Positions 23,195 to 31,343 of a stretch of DNA of 31,633 bases are shown piece after piece. The position numbers and the translations under genes were made by a program. The notes under the pieces were generated by a model. That model was not told the DNA's origin. It did no database searches and saw nothing but the letters and a program-made list of their open reading frames with translations. How positions within the stretch are numbered: position 1 is the stretch's first letter; the number at the start of each line of letters is the position of its first letter. This DNA is from a virus: the IMG/VR virus record IMGVR_UViG_3300019471_000061, positions 1 to 31,633 of that record. One strand, given 5' to 3'.

Positions 23195-25833
23195 TTTTTT
23201 ATAACGACAAACTTATTACCCTTAAAAACAACTAGATTGTCGATGACGGCATTATTTTTAGGTATCGAAATATGACGCTTTGCGCTAGCCGCAGCCTCCT
23301 CGAGAGATATATTTTTAGATGTAATATCTATGAATATGTTGCGCTTCGCCTTGTCTGTAGCCTTAAATATCGCATTTGGTATTGTCATAGGTCTTAAACT
23401 ATCAACAATAATACTTTTCAATTCGTATTGAGTGTCGTTAGATATAAAATCGTTCGACGGCTTGTCTTTTAGGTTCGGCAAGCGCTTTAATTTTAGTTGA
23501 TCTTTCCATCTATTATAAAATTCTATTTCGGCAGGCGTCATATATTCTGCGCTTCGTGGATCTAGTCGAGCCGCCTCAATTGCTGCCTTCTTACTAACGC
23601 CATCAGGCAAACCGATAACCGCTTTACTCTGGAATTGAGCAGTCTCTATGCGTTTCATTGTTTTTTCATCAATCCCAGTTATTTTTGGCAACTTATATTC
23701 CTTATTTAACGCCGATATTCTCGTCCAGATACACCTACAGTTGATATGCTTTGGCGGTCGCTGAAACATCGTTTTACGCTCATTAGCAGATATTACTTTG
23801 CCGTCTAACTCTGCGCAAATTGGACAAGTGTTTTTTTCCATCAGTGCCGACCACTGATAAACCGCGGTGTCGTCATCTTCGTCAAATGAAGCGAAACTGT
23901 CATCGCGTCCGTCGTTCATACCTTGAGAGATAATAGTACCTTTCGTCCCAAGTACGGCCTGTGCCACCCACGCACCAGCCGATATTTTAATAGCTTCTAG
24001 CACAGCGCTTTTTTGAGCCGTACTTTGATAGGCTGGTGTAGTTGGTTCGATTTCTTCTGTATCTTCGTCAGGCTCATCAGCGAGATTGATTGGCTGCTTC
24101 AATAGTTCTCCAGCAATGATATTATTCACATCTTCATTCTGCATATCGACAATGAAGTCTACGTACTGTTTTTCGTGTAGCTTGCGTTCTTCTTTTAAGG
24201 CTGGTGCTGGCAATTTTTGCTCATCCGCCGCAGATAATTTTCCGTAATTGTAAGCCGTGCGGTAATACTTTGCGATTAATGACTTATAGCTGTCTGGCAG
24301 TGAGAACACTTCATCAAGTGAAACACCGTCAATTGCCTTATTCAACTCTTCAGTGGCTGCTGCGGCGAAACTATCCTCCTGCGCCTTCATCCAATCCTGA
24401 ATAGCGTCGAACTTGACTCGTTTTTCGGCGTCTGTTAAATCTCGATTGATTGTAACGTGTTCGTGAGGTTCAGGAGGAGCGACTTCGCTAATCTTGTCAT
24501 TTTCGTCTAGAAATTTGTCGGCGTTGCCGCCATTGCCTCCGTCTTTGTCATTGTCGCTGTCATCATCGTCTACTTTTTCGTCTTTCGGTTCTTCTTGACG
24601 ACGTTTTTTAATCGCGTCTAGGTCAATTCCTAAACGAGTCGCTGTCGATTCCTCGATTCCAGTAGCGATGTCATCTGATATTCTGTCTTTTTGAACGAGT
24701 AATTTGAATGCCTCAAACACTGCCGAAATAATAGATTCGTCAGGTGTGTCAAAGTGGAATTCTGGATAGTGTCGCTCCGCAAAGTTCAAGTCGATAAGAT
24801 CAGCGATGAGATATTGATTAATATGAGATTCAAGCAGTCGCATAACACCAGTAATTGCGGTCTGTAGCAAGTCTTTCTGATTAGTACTTAGGCTATATGA
24901 GCCTACGTTGCTTGCGGAACCTTGAGTCGCCGTTAGAATAACGCTAGCGTGGAATGCTCGCGCCATTTCTGAGTTCTGTCGCTCGATCGATTGATGCGGA
25001 TCGCGCCCCTCGGTGTTGAGCACGTCCAATTCGTAACCGTACGGAATAGACGCTACAGAGTTGTGTTTTCCTAATCTGCCAAGCACCTCCAGTGCTTTAT
25101 TTCGCGCTTTCTTCAATTGCTCAGACACCACGCCGTCGACTGTTCGCTTCAGAACTTTCGGCTTAATGGCATCAGCCTGCAAAGCCACGCTGTCCAAATA
25201 TTCGAGACGACGCTTCTTGTCATATCGAGGATATAGCGACTTAAACGCACTACGACCGTAAAGATAATTTCGGCTTTTTCCGTAAGTAAACAAAAAGCAT
25301 TTATAAGCTGGGATTGTCACTTCTTGAGCGGCTCCGTCGATATCTGTTGTTCGTTGCTCAGCCCCGCCAAATCCACCAACTTCATCTCTGATTAACGTTA
25401 GTGTAGTACTGTCGCGGTGAGCAAGTCTCTTCAACACGAGCTTGCCGTCTCTTAATTCATAGACTTTTTCGAATAAAGCGAATCCTTCATAAATTGCGAT
25501 GAGCGATTGGTCAATAAACAGATTCATCGGTGTTTGCATGCCACCCTTGTGTGGCGGCTCTAGGAGATTTCGGCGAACAAACTCAGCTTGTGCTTCGTCT
25601 ACATCTTCGCTATCAGCGTCAATATGATATGTCGCCGCTAAAATACTCATAGTAAAGATGTTATATAGAGCTTCAACTGTCGTGTCACTGTCGAGCATCC
25701 TTCGATAATCTTTAATACTGATTTCATCAGTACGAGATTCTTCTCTGTCAAAGCTCTCAAAAACAATATCTCCAGCAAAGCCAATTTCGCTAGTCAGGTT
25801 TTTTGGTGTTTCGTCTTTCTTGAATAGTGCCAC
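23188..25833 (-). CDS. Portal protein fused to a MuF-like minor head protein, with an extra C-terminal module of about 185 aa
   Basis: 881 aa. Acidic linker DDDDSDNDKDGGNGG. MuF/SPP1 gp7 signature CPICAELDGKV...PPKHINCRCIW about 185 aa before the C-terminus. Confidence 0.7.
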   Translation of the reverse strand: MALFKKDETPKNLTSEIGFAGDIVFESFDREESRTDEISIKDYRRMLDSDTTVEALYNIFTMSILAATYHIDADSEDVDEAQAEFVRRNLLEPPHKGGMQTPMNLFIDQSLIAIYEGFALFEKVYELRDGKLVLKRLAHRDSTTLTLIRDEVGGFGGAEQRTTDIDGAAQEVTIPAYKCFLFTYGKSRNYLYGRSAFKSLYPRYDKKRRLEYLDSVALQADAIKPKVLKRTVDGVVSEQLKKARNKALEVLGRLGKHNSVASIPYGYELDVLNTEGRDPHQSIERQNSEMARAFHASVILTATQGSASNVGSYSLSTNQKDLLQTAITGVMRLLESHINQYLIADLIDLNFAERHYPEFHFDTPDESIISAVFEAFKLLVQKDRISDDIATGIEESTATRLGIDLDAIKKRRQEEPKDEKVDDDDSDNDKDGGNGGNADKFLDENDKISEVAPPEPHEHVTINRDLTDAEKRVKFDAIQDWMKAQEDSFAAAATEELNKAIDGVSLDEVFSLPDSYKSLIAKYYRTAYNYGKLSAADEQKLPAPALKEERKLHEKQYVDFIVDMQNEDVNNIIAGELLKQPINLADEPDEDTEEIEPTTPAYQSTAQKSAVLEAIKISAGAWVAQAVLGTKGTIISQGMNDGRDDSFASFDEDDDTAVYQWSALMEKNTCPICAELDGKVISANERKTMFQRPPKHINCRCIWTRISALNKEYKLPKITGIDEKTMKRIETAQFQSKAVIGLPDGVSKKAAIEAARLDPRSAEYMTPAEIEFYNRWKDQLKLKRLPNLKDKPSNDFISNDTQYELKSIIVDSLRPMTIPNAIFKATDKAKRNIFIDITSKNISLEEAAASAKRHISIPKNNAVIDNLVVFKGNKFVVIKKK

Positions 25834-25875
25834 TCTTTCGCTCCTCGAAATAAAGCAGTTACTTCACCAAAAAGA

Positions 25876-25919
25876 AAAATGCGGCCAAGCAACCGCAATT
25901 TATAACTTAGATTATATCA
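25876..25919 (-). promoter_or_regulatory. Late promoter-hairpin element, copy 5 (TGATATAAT...UGCGGuugcuuggCCGCA-UUUUUCUUUUUG)
   Basis: It overlaps the 3' end of terL. Confidence 0.45.
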
Positions 25920-27450
25920 CGAAATCCGATTCTGACCAATCATCATCTTTTGACGCGTACGAGCCACTTTCGTCAAATCCTTCTTCACCTTGATTTAACC
26001 CATCGACGAGCAACATTCGAATCGCATATACAATCGCGTCAACCATGTCGTCGTGTGTTCCTTTTGGAAATTCTATTAGCTGTTCTCTTAAAGCTTGTCC
26101 GTTTTGGATATCTTTAACTAGGAACACTTTCCCAGCCTCAAAGAATCTGCTGACAGCTAATAGTCGTCGCACCTTGTCTTTGTCTGGTTTCAATCCAATG
26201 ACAGGTAATCCTGCCAATAGGTCGCGGAATACTAATCCTAGCGCGCCCTGCTCAATTCCGACAACTTGCGGTTGATATGTTTCGTAGAGATTTTTAATAG
26301 TCTCTGCTGTTATGCTTGGTGATGTTCGCTGATTTCGAATTGCTCTCACGTAAACGTTGCCGTCAGCTCCTAAGTCCGCGACAATCATAGCCGTCGGGTC
26401 GGCAGTCTGTCTTTCGCTCGCGGCAGGATCAACTGTCAGCACTCTAGCTTGACGAGAATATTCGTCTGGTGCTTGGCTCGGCTCGCACTCTTTAATCCAG
26501 TCGGGCTTGACTATCGCATCTTCTTCACTGAATGGCTTGTGCTGATATTCCTGTGCAAAAGCAATGCTTCCGACAAACTCTTGATCATTTGGATTGTCGC
26601 GCATAGATTTTAGCTTTTCGAGGCTGCGATGCTCTGGCCACAAAGCGTGTTCAGTGCCGTCCTCATCAGTTGTGATTGCGTAAAATACTCGTGTTTGCCA
26701 ACTTTTGAAAATATCTTGCTGTTTCATTACTTTATTGACGAGGCTGTCGAAATGAAGAATCGTGCCGATAACGACAGCTCGTCCACCTCTTGCCAGTGCT
26801 GGAATAGCTGCTTTAGTGAACCAATGATAAAGCTTCTGGCGTTGCTCAGCGCTCTTGATATTTTCGTCGTTCTCGATGTCGTCAAATATCATCAGCGTCG
26901 GACGGGTGTGCCTGTGTCGAATACCGCGGATTTTCATACCCGAACCCTTAGCGGCGTATTTAATGCCGTTGCTCAACACGAATTCGCCATCTTGCCAGTC
27001 GTCGCCCTTCATATTCCCGAATAACCATTTAATTTTCGGATTATTCTCGAACTCATCTTTAAGCGCATTGATGAACTCTGCAGCTTGAGTGTATGTGTCG
27101 CTGATTATCACTATGAATTCTTCTTGTTCAAAACAACCAGCCCACAGAGGGTATGTCATGTCTACTGTTGTCGACTTCGCGTGTCCACGTGGCGCAATAA
27201 CGCCTATGCGTCGATTATTCTTATCACTGATTAAGTCTAATATCTCTTTATGAAACGGTGGTGTTTCTAGTGGAAAATATGGTCGGGCGATGAACCAACC
27301 AAACAAATGAATGTTTTCGCGCCTCTTAAATATCGCTAATAGGTACTGTCGGAGCTTATCTCTATCCGTTTCCCAGTACTTTTCGCATAGTCGTACAATG
27401 TCTTTCCTGGTCAGATTATTCAAAGATTGCTGCTCGGAGTTCTTCGTCAT
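25912..27450 (-). CDS. terL: Terminase large subunit
   Basis: Walker A, VIAPRGHAKST. Walker B, LMIFDDIE. C-terminal RNaseH-like nuclease region (VLTVDPAAS...IVADLGADG). Confidence 0.9.
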   Translation of the reverse strand: MTKNSEQQSLNNLTRKDIVRLCEKYWETDRDKLRQYLLAIFKRRENIHLFGWFIARPYFPLETPPFHKEILDLISDKNNRRIGVIAPRGHAKSTTVDMTYPLWAGCFEQEEFIVIISDTYTQAAEFINALKDEFENNPKIKWLFGNMKGDDWQDGEFVLSNGIKYAAKGSGMKIRGIRHRHTRPTLMIFDDIENDENIKSAEQRQKLYHWFTKAAIPALARGGRAVVIGTILHFDSLVNKVMKQQDIFKSWQTRVFYAITTDEDGTEHALWPEHRSLEKLKSMRDNPNDQEFVGSIAFAQEYQHKPFSEEDAIVKPDWIKECEPSQAPDEYSRQARVLTVDPAASERQTADPTAMIVADLGADGNVYVRAIRNQRTSPSITAETIKNLYETYQPQVVGIEQGALGLVFRDLLAGLPVIGLKPDKDKVRRLLAVSRFFEAGKVFLVKDIQNGQALREQLIEFPKGTHDDMVDAIVYAIRMLLVDGLNQGEEGFDESGSYASKDDDWSESDFVI

Positions 27451-27889
27451 CGATATTACCCTCCTCTTTCGCTTTTTTCAGCTTCAAGTCGCGCTCATCT
27501 CGCCATCCACAAACATTTTTCATAGTAAAGATAGCAAAGCTTGCTGGAGCAGCACCACTCAAAGCCACATCGACTATAAACTCGCGTTGTAAATCTTTGG
27601 CGGTTTCATAGGCTTCCGCAAATTCTGGGTGAAGATCGCACCAATCCCTCAAAGTATTGCGATGTACGCCAATTTTTCGAGCGAACCCTTCAAGCCACGG
27701 CATTCTCTGAGGCATTCTTCTAGCTATAAGCTTATCTCCGTCAGCTGACGAGACGGTTTCGTCTTCTGTGATTTTCGTAGGGTCGATTGAAAAATAGTCA
27801 ATTAGTTGTTGACAATATTCTGGTTTGTACTTTGTTGGTTGCCCTCCTTTGTTAGGAGCGCGCTTTTTCACTGTTTTCTTAGTCGTCAT
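27416..27889 (-). CDS. terS: Terminase small subunit
   Basis: N-terminal basic tail, HTH-like segment GVHRNTLRDWCDLHPEFAEAYETAKDLQREF. It overlaps the terL start. Confidence 0.7.
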   Translation of the reverse strand: MTTKKTVKKRAPNKGGQPTKYKPEYCQQLIDYFSIDPTKITEDETVSSADGDKLIARRMPQRMPWLEGFARKIGVHRNTLRDWCDLHPEFAEAYETAKDLQREFIVDVALSGAAPASFAIFTMKNVCGWRDERDLKLKKAKEEGNIDDEELRAAIFE

Positions 27890-27904
27890 GATATTTCTCC
27901 AAAC

Positions 27905-27948
27905 AAAAAGCGGACCTTTCGATCCGCAATCCTATGGCTATTATAGCA
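27905..27948 (-). promoter_or_regulatory. Late promoter-hairpin element, copy 6 (TGCTATAAT...GCGGAUcgaaagGUCCGC-UUUUUGUUU), upstream of terS
   Basis: Reverse complement of 27901..27950. Confidence 0.45.
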
Positions 27949-28025
27949 TAAAAGAGGCGGCACATAATTCGCCACCGCCCCTTCAAACTTTTTAGGTGCA
28001 CACATATCATTGACGTTTGCGCCTA

Positions 28026-28460
28026 TTATGGCTTAGTTATTGACTCAATAAACTCAATCGCCGCATCACAACCTTTACAAACAACAGTCTGGATACCAGC
28101 CTCATTGAGCGTTTTAATCCACTTCTTTTGATTTGCTGACGTTACGCCTCCCTTCTTACGTTTCATTTCGATGAATACCAAACGATTTGCGTATGTATTG
28201 GTATATGATGATAGATCCTCTCGAGGCACATTGTCGCCGTATCCATACCAGACATCCGGCACGACTACGGCCAAGTCAGGCACGCCAGAACTCACGCCGA
28301 GTTTCTTATTTTTCGCTTTCTGGCTCCAGCTTCGGGTGTACGTTTCATTTGGCACACGAAAATGTAGATAACCTTTCAGTCGCAACCACTGTACAAATGC
28401 TTCTTGTTCTTGATCCTCGGTTGGATTTTCTATGTTTGCGATGTTAGGCATTATTACCAC
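28026..28460 (-). CDS. VRR-NUC domain nuclease
   Basis: EAFVQWL...VPNE...GVPDLAVV...FIEMKRKKG...QKKWIKTL matches the VRR-NUC pattern. Confidence 0.7.
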   Translation of the reverse strand: MVIMPNIANIENPTEDQEQEAFVQWLRLKGYLHFRVPNETYTRSWSQKAKNKKLGVSSGVPDLAVVVPDVWYGYGDNVPREDLSSYTNTYANRLVFIEMKRKKGGVTSANQKKWIKTLNEAGIQTVVCKGCDAAIEFIESITKP

Positions 28461-29026
28461 TCCTTAATTCCGAGATATTTTAGCCAGTCTTCTCTGTTTT
28501 CTTTGATGGATTTTTCAATGCTGTCATATGTGTCGAAGTAAATAGCTGAAGGATATTGCAGAAAGGCAGTCGCTTCAATCAACAACTCTTTATCATTATG
28601 GTTGTAATAAACTGTCCACTTATTCTGATCGTTATTGCTCCAATCCGGCTCAAAGTTTGACGTCCGACGTAGTCTGACCTCGGCTAGTTTACGTTCAAGG
28701 GCTTGTTCGGCTTCTTCTTTAGTGTGATAAACATTACCATTGTCAATATTCAATCTGTCAATGATAGCGTCTGCGTAATTGCGATAGTTAACATTACCCC
28801 AATAGTCAATGTACCAATATCTATCGCCCCATTTAAGATTCCAACTAATACTGCTTGTTGATTCGAACCACTCGTCAAAATTATCGATTTCTCTAACAAG
28901 AATTGAATGTTTATATCCTGATCCACATGTTTTCAAAACCCTTGTGCCATCGATTTTAATTTTCTCTTTGAAGATTGCCCCAGCTTTAACTGTTGGTAAA
29001 TCTTTCAGTAGTTTATATAGTTTCAT
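28454..29026 (-). CDS. Hypothetical protein, paralog B of the wrap-around gene
   Basis: Shares MK.YKLLKDLPT.KAG at the N-terminus and ERKLA.VRL.RTS.F.PD...SIKEN..DW at the C-terminus with paralog A. Confidence 0.6.
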   Translation of the reverse strand: MKLYKLLKDLPTVKAGAIFKEKIKIDGTRVLKTCGSGYKHSILVREIDNFDEWFESTSSISWNLKWGDRYWYIDYWGNVNYRNYADAIIDRLNIDNGNVYHTKEEAEQALERKLAEVRLRRTSNFEPDWSNNDQNKWTVYYNHNDKELLIEATAFLQYPSAIYFDTYDSIEKSIKENREDWLKYLGIKEW

Positions 29027-29412
29027 TTCTCCTCCACTAATTCAGGGTCTTCGTGGATATTGCCAACGACTTCTAGGTTTGTTAATTCAAAGAGAGCCTC
29101 AGCCACACCTGCACATTCGCCTACAAATCCACCATCAGAAAACTTGACTACCCAGTACTCAATAGGCTCGCCAGTGTCATCTATAAGGATATCTCCCTCA
29201 TAAATCTCTCTACCGTTTATGTCTCTTAGTCCAGTGAATTGCTCTGCGATATTCTCACCTCTAAAGATGTCGTCTCTGTATTTATAGAAGTCAACTTTGA
29301 TATAAGAAAAAAATCCGAATAAAAAACTTCCGTCTGAGGATATATGCACTAAATCATCTGGGATATATTTCTTTAATAAAGTATTCCAAACTCTAAACTT
29401 TATTTCACGCAT
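29023..29412 (-). CDS. YopX-family protein
   Basis: MREIKFRVW start and GNIHEDPELVE end. These are characteristic YopX termini. Confidence 0.65.
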   Translation of the reverse strand: MREIKFRVWNTLLKKYIPDDLVHISSDGSFLFGFFSYIKVDFYKYRDDIFRGENIAEQFTGLRDINGREIYEGDILIDDTGEPIEYWVVKFSDGGFVGECAGVAEALFELTNLEVVGNIHEDPELVEEK

Positions 29413-29659
29413 TAGACTTCCTTTTGTTGTCTGTTAATTGATTTTTGATAGCTGGATAGACTCGACGAATAAGTAACCTACGATATGGTTCTTTGCCGTC
29501 GATAGTTAGCTTTATTCCGTTGAGCTTTGACTGCCCTAGTAATTCAAAAAACATAATCTCACCATCTTTGGTTTCTTGCGTATAAATAGCATTTTCCGAT
29601 TGAGTTCCATCTGACCTCAGAAAAACAAGGTCATCCTCTGGAATATCTGATATTTTCAT
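29405..29659 (-). CDS. Hypothetical protein, likely start MKISDIPEDD
   Basis: ORF track, 29405..29719. An internal Met gives a non-overlapping start. Confidence 0.4.
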   Translation of the reverse strand: MKISDIPEDDLVFLRSDGTQSENAIYTQETKDGEIMFFELLGQSKLNGIKLTIDGKEPYRRLLIRRVYPAIKNQLTDNKRKSNA

Positions 29660-29886
29660 ATCTCTTTCCCGTCCTTGTAGCATTTTGAATAGCCCATCTC
29701 GCCACCAACTGTTTTGCAACGAGCTTCAGTGTTCTTGTTTTGAGCCTCTCGCTCTGACATTTGATCCTCCCAAACAGCAGCCCAGTGCAAAAGGACAATT
29801 ATTGAAATTATCAGTACAAATACACCTAAGACAATCACTACGTCTTGCGGTTCAGCGTTCTTCATAAACTTCGGACTAATTTTCAT
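29656..29886 (-). CDS. Small membrane protein
   Basis: Hydrophobic helix VVIVLGVFVLIISIIVLLHWAAV. Confidence 0.4.
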   Translation of the reverse strand: MKISPKFMKNAEPQDVVIVLGVFVLIISIIVLLHWAAVWEDQMSEREAQNKNTEARCKTVGGEMGYSKCYKDGKEI

Positions 29887-30236
29887 TTCTTATGCTCCTC
29901 CTCATACCTTTTGATAAAGTTGTCTATAGCTTCCCATACAACACCGTTCGGAGCCTCCTGTTTAATGCGTTTGAAGACTTCGTACTGCTTTGGAACTACC
30001 TCAGTCAGATATTTAATTTCTCCATACAGTCTTACGATTTCTAAGATACGCCCACTGATACCACCGTTCACGCACCTCTTTGTTTCATCATAATTATACG
30101 GATCCATATATAAAGACGTGGCACTAGTTTCGATTGGGTTTACATCTTTTAATACACTTTCTAGCGAGCCTTTTTCTAAGATTTCTTCAAGCAGTTCATT
30201 TTGTTTTTCAATTGATTTTTTCATCGACTCAAACAT
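29883..30236 (-). CDS. Hypothetical protein
   Basis: ORF track, 117 aa. Confidence 0.5.
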   Translation of the reverse strand: MFESMKKSIEKQNELLEEILEKGSLESVLKDVNPIETSATSLYMDPYNYDETKRCVNGGISGRILEIVRLYGEIKYLTEVVPKQYEVFKRIKQEAPNGVVWEAIDNFIKRYEEEHKK

Positions 30237-30354
30237 TATCGTATTCTTTTACCGTCTTAATGATTTTTTTAATTGCCCAATGTCCAGCTACGATCAAGCC
30301 AGTGATAAAAATAGCGTGCGGTACTGCTTGTAAAATCCAAACTAATGTTTCCAT
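30229..30354 (-). CDS. 41-aa membrane peptide (METLVWILQAVPHAIFITGLIVAGHWAIKK...)
   Basis: My own translation. It overlaps the next start. RBS weak. Confidence 0.25.
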   Translation of the reverse strand: METLVWILQAVPHAIFITGLIVAGHWAIKKIIKTVKEYDNV

Positions 30355-30362
30355 TTCGTTTC

Positions 30363-30527
30363 TCAATCTAACTTATTAAGTACAATCTCATATTTGCCAT
30401 CATCAAGGGTAACCTGTATACGCTGATTTTCTACGGCTCTAAGTATTTCTATAATAAGGTTAAGAGACAACTCTAACCTCATTCTTGTTGGGGCTACATT
30501 CCATAAAGCCCCTAGCGGTCCTATCAT
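30363..30527 (-). CDS. 54-aa hypothetical protein (MIGPLGALWNVAPTRMRLELSLNLIIEILRAVENQ...)
   Basis: GGAG RBS 6 nt before the ATG. It is the first ORF after the structured intergenic region. Confidence 0.35.
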   Translation of the reverse strand: MIGPLGALWNVAPTRMRLELSLNLIIEILRAVENQRIQVTLDDGKYEIVLNKLD

Positions 30528-30551
30528 ATAATTCTCCTTTTAATTTTTACT

Positions 30552-30816
30552 CAACCGCAGAACTGGGGCAAGGCGACACCAAGTGAGTGTATATCATTAG
30601 TTAATTACTTTAAGGATTGATGTCGCCAGTTGATAGCACCAAATAATGATAGTTGTTTTTGGGTATAAAATAGCAAAAATATGCATACAATTTTCTTGCC
30701 GAAAGTAAAAGGTGCGTTGGTGCTACCAGTTGAACAGACGACTCGGGTGGGCAAAATAGTCATCTGTCCAGTTCTACGGTTGAATTGTTAATGTTCTAGT
30801 GGGTACGATTTGTACC
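30552..30816. promoter_or_regulatory. Structured intergenic region. A 15-bp inverted repeat (caaccgcagaactgg / ccagttctacggttg, one mismatch) lies about 200 bp apart. Nested stems are ggcgaca/tgtcgcc. A terminal hairpin GGGTAC-N5-GTACCC has a plus-strand T-tract
   Basis: Seen directly. It lies between two leftward operons. A TGATATACA extended -10-like element is present on the minus strand. Confidence 0.35.
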
Positions 30817-30819
30817 CGT

Positions 30820-31050
30820 TTATTTACGTTTGCTTATGCGACCACCTTTTTTACCAGCGCACTTTTTTACAAAGTGAGGACCGTCGATTAAGTCGCAGTC
30901 GCATTCAATGTCTTGTGCAAATCCTTTACAACTTCCGTGACTTGCAAATGTAGCAGAGCCACCTTTTCGTCCGATTTCTGCGTAGAAGTTTGGATTGCTT
31001 GCTAAGTTTTTCTGAGCGGCTTTGAGTCCGCCTGTTCGTGTGCCTGACAT
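30820..31050 (-). CDS. KGG-motif (GsiB/YciG-like) stress-protein-like small protein with a C-terminal Cys cluster
   Basis: NFYAEIGRKGGSAT matches the KGG repeat (compare GsiB FYQEIGQKGGEAT). C-terminus is CKGFAQDIECDCDLIDGPHFVKKC. Confidence 0.6.
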   Translation of the reverse strand: MSGTRTGGLKAAQKNLASNPNFYAEIGRKGGSATFASHGSCKGFAQDIECDCDLIDGPHFVKKCAGKKGGRISKRK

Positions 31051-31343
31051 TATTCTTCCTTCACTTTCCTATCTAATTTTTCAATCAATTTATGAACACC
31101 ACGTCCTGAGCCGATACCCTTACCAGTCCACCAGCCTTTATATGGATATAGTTTTGCGATATGATTCTTTCTATCGTTTCTCTTATAGATATATATCGCT
31201 TTCTCGTTAGCATCCCAGGCTACGGCATACCAAGCCTCTATGAGCAAGTCAGTTGCGTGTTGTACACGGCTTGGTTCAAGAGATTTTCGACGCTCTTCAC
31301 GCTCTTTTTTCATAGCCTTAAATATTGTGCTTAATTCACCCAT
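31050..31343 (-). CDS. Hypothetical protein
   Basis: ORF track, 97 aa, basic. Confidence 0.45.
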   Translation of the reverse strand: MGELSTIFKAMKKEREERRKSLEPSRVQHATDLLIEAWYAVAWDANEKAIYIYKRNDRKNHIAKLYPYKGWWTGKGIGSGRGVHKLIEKLDRKVKEE

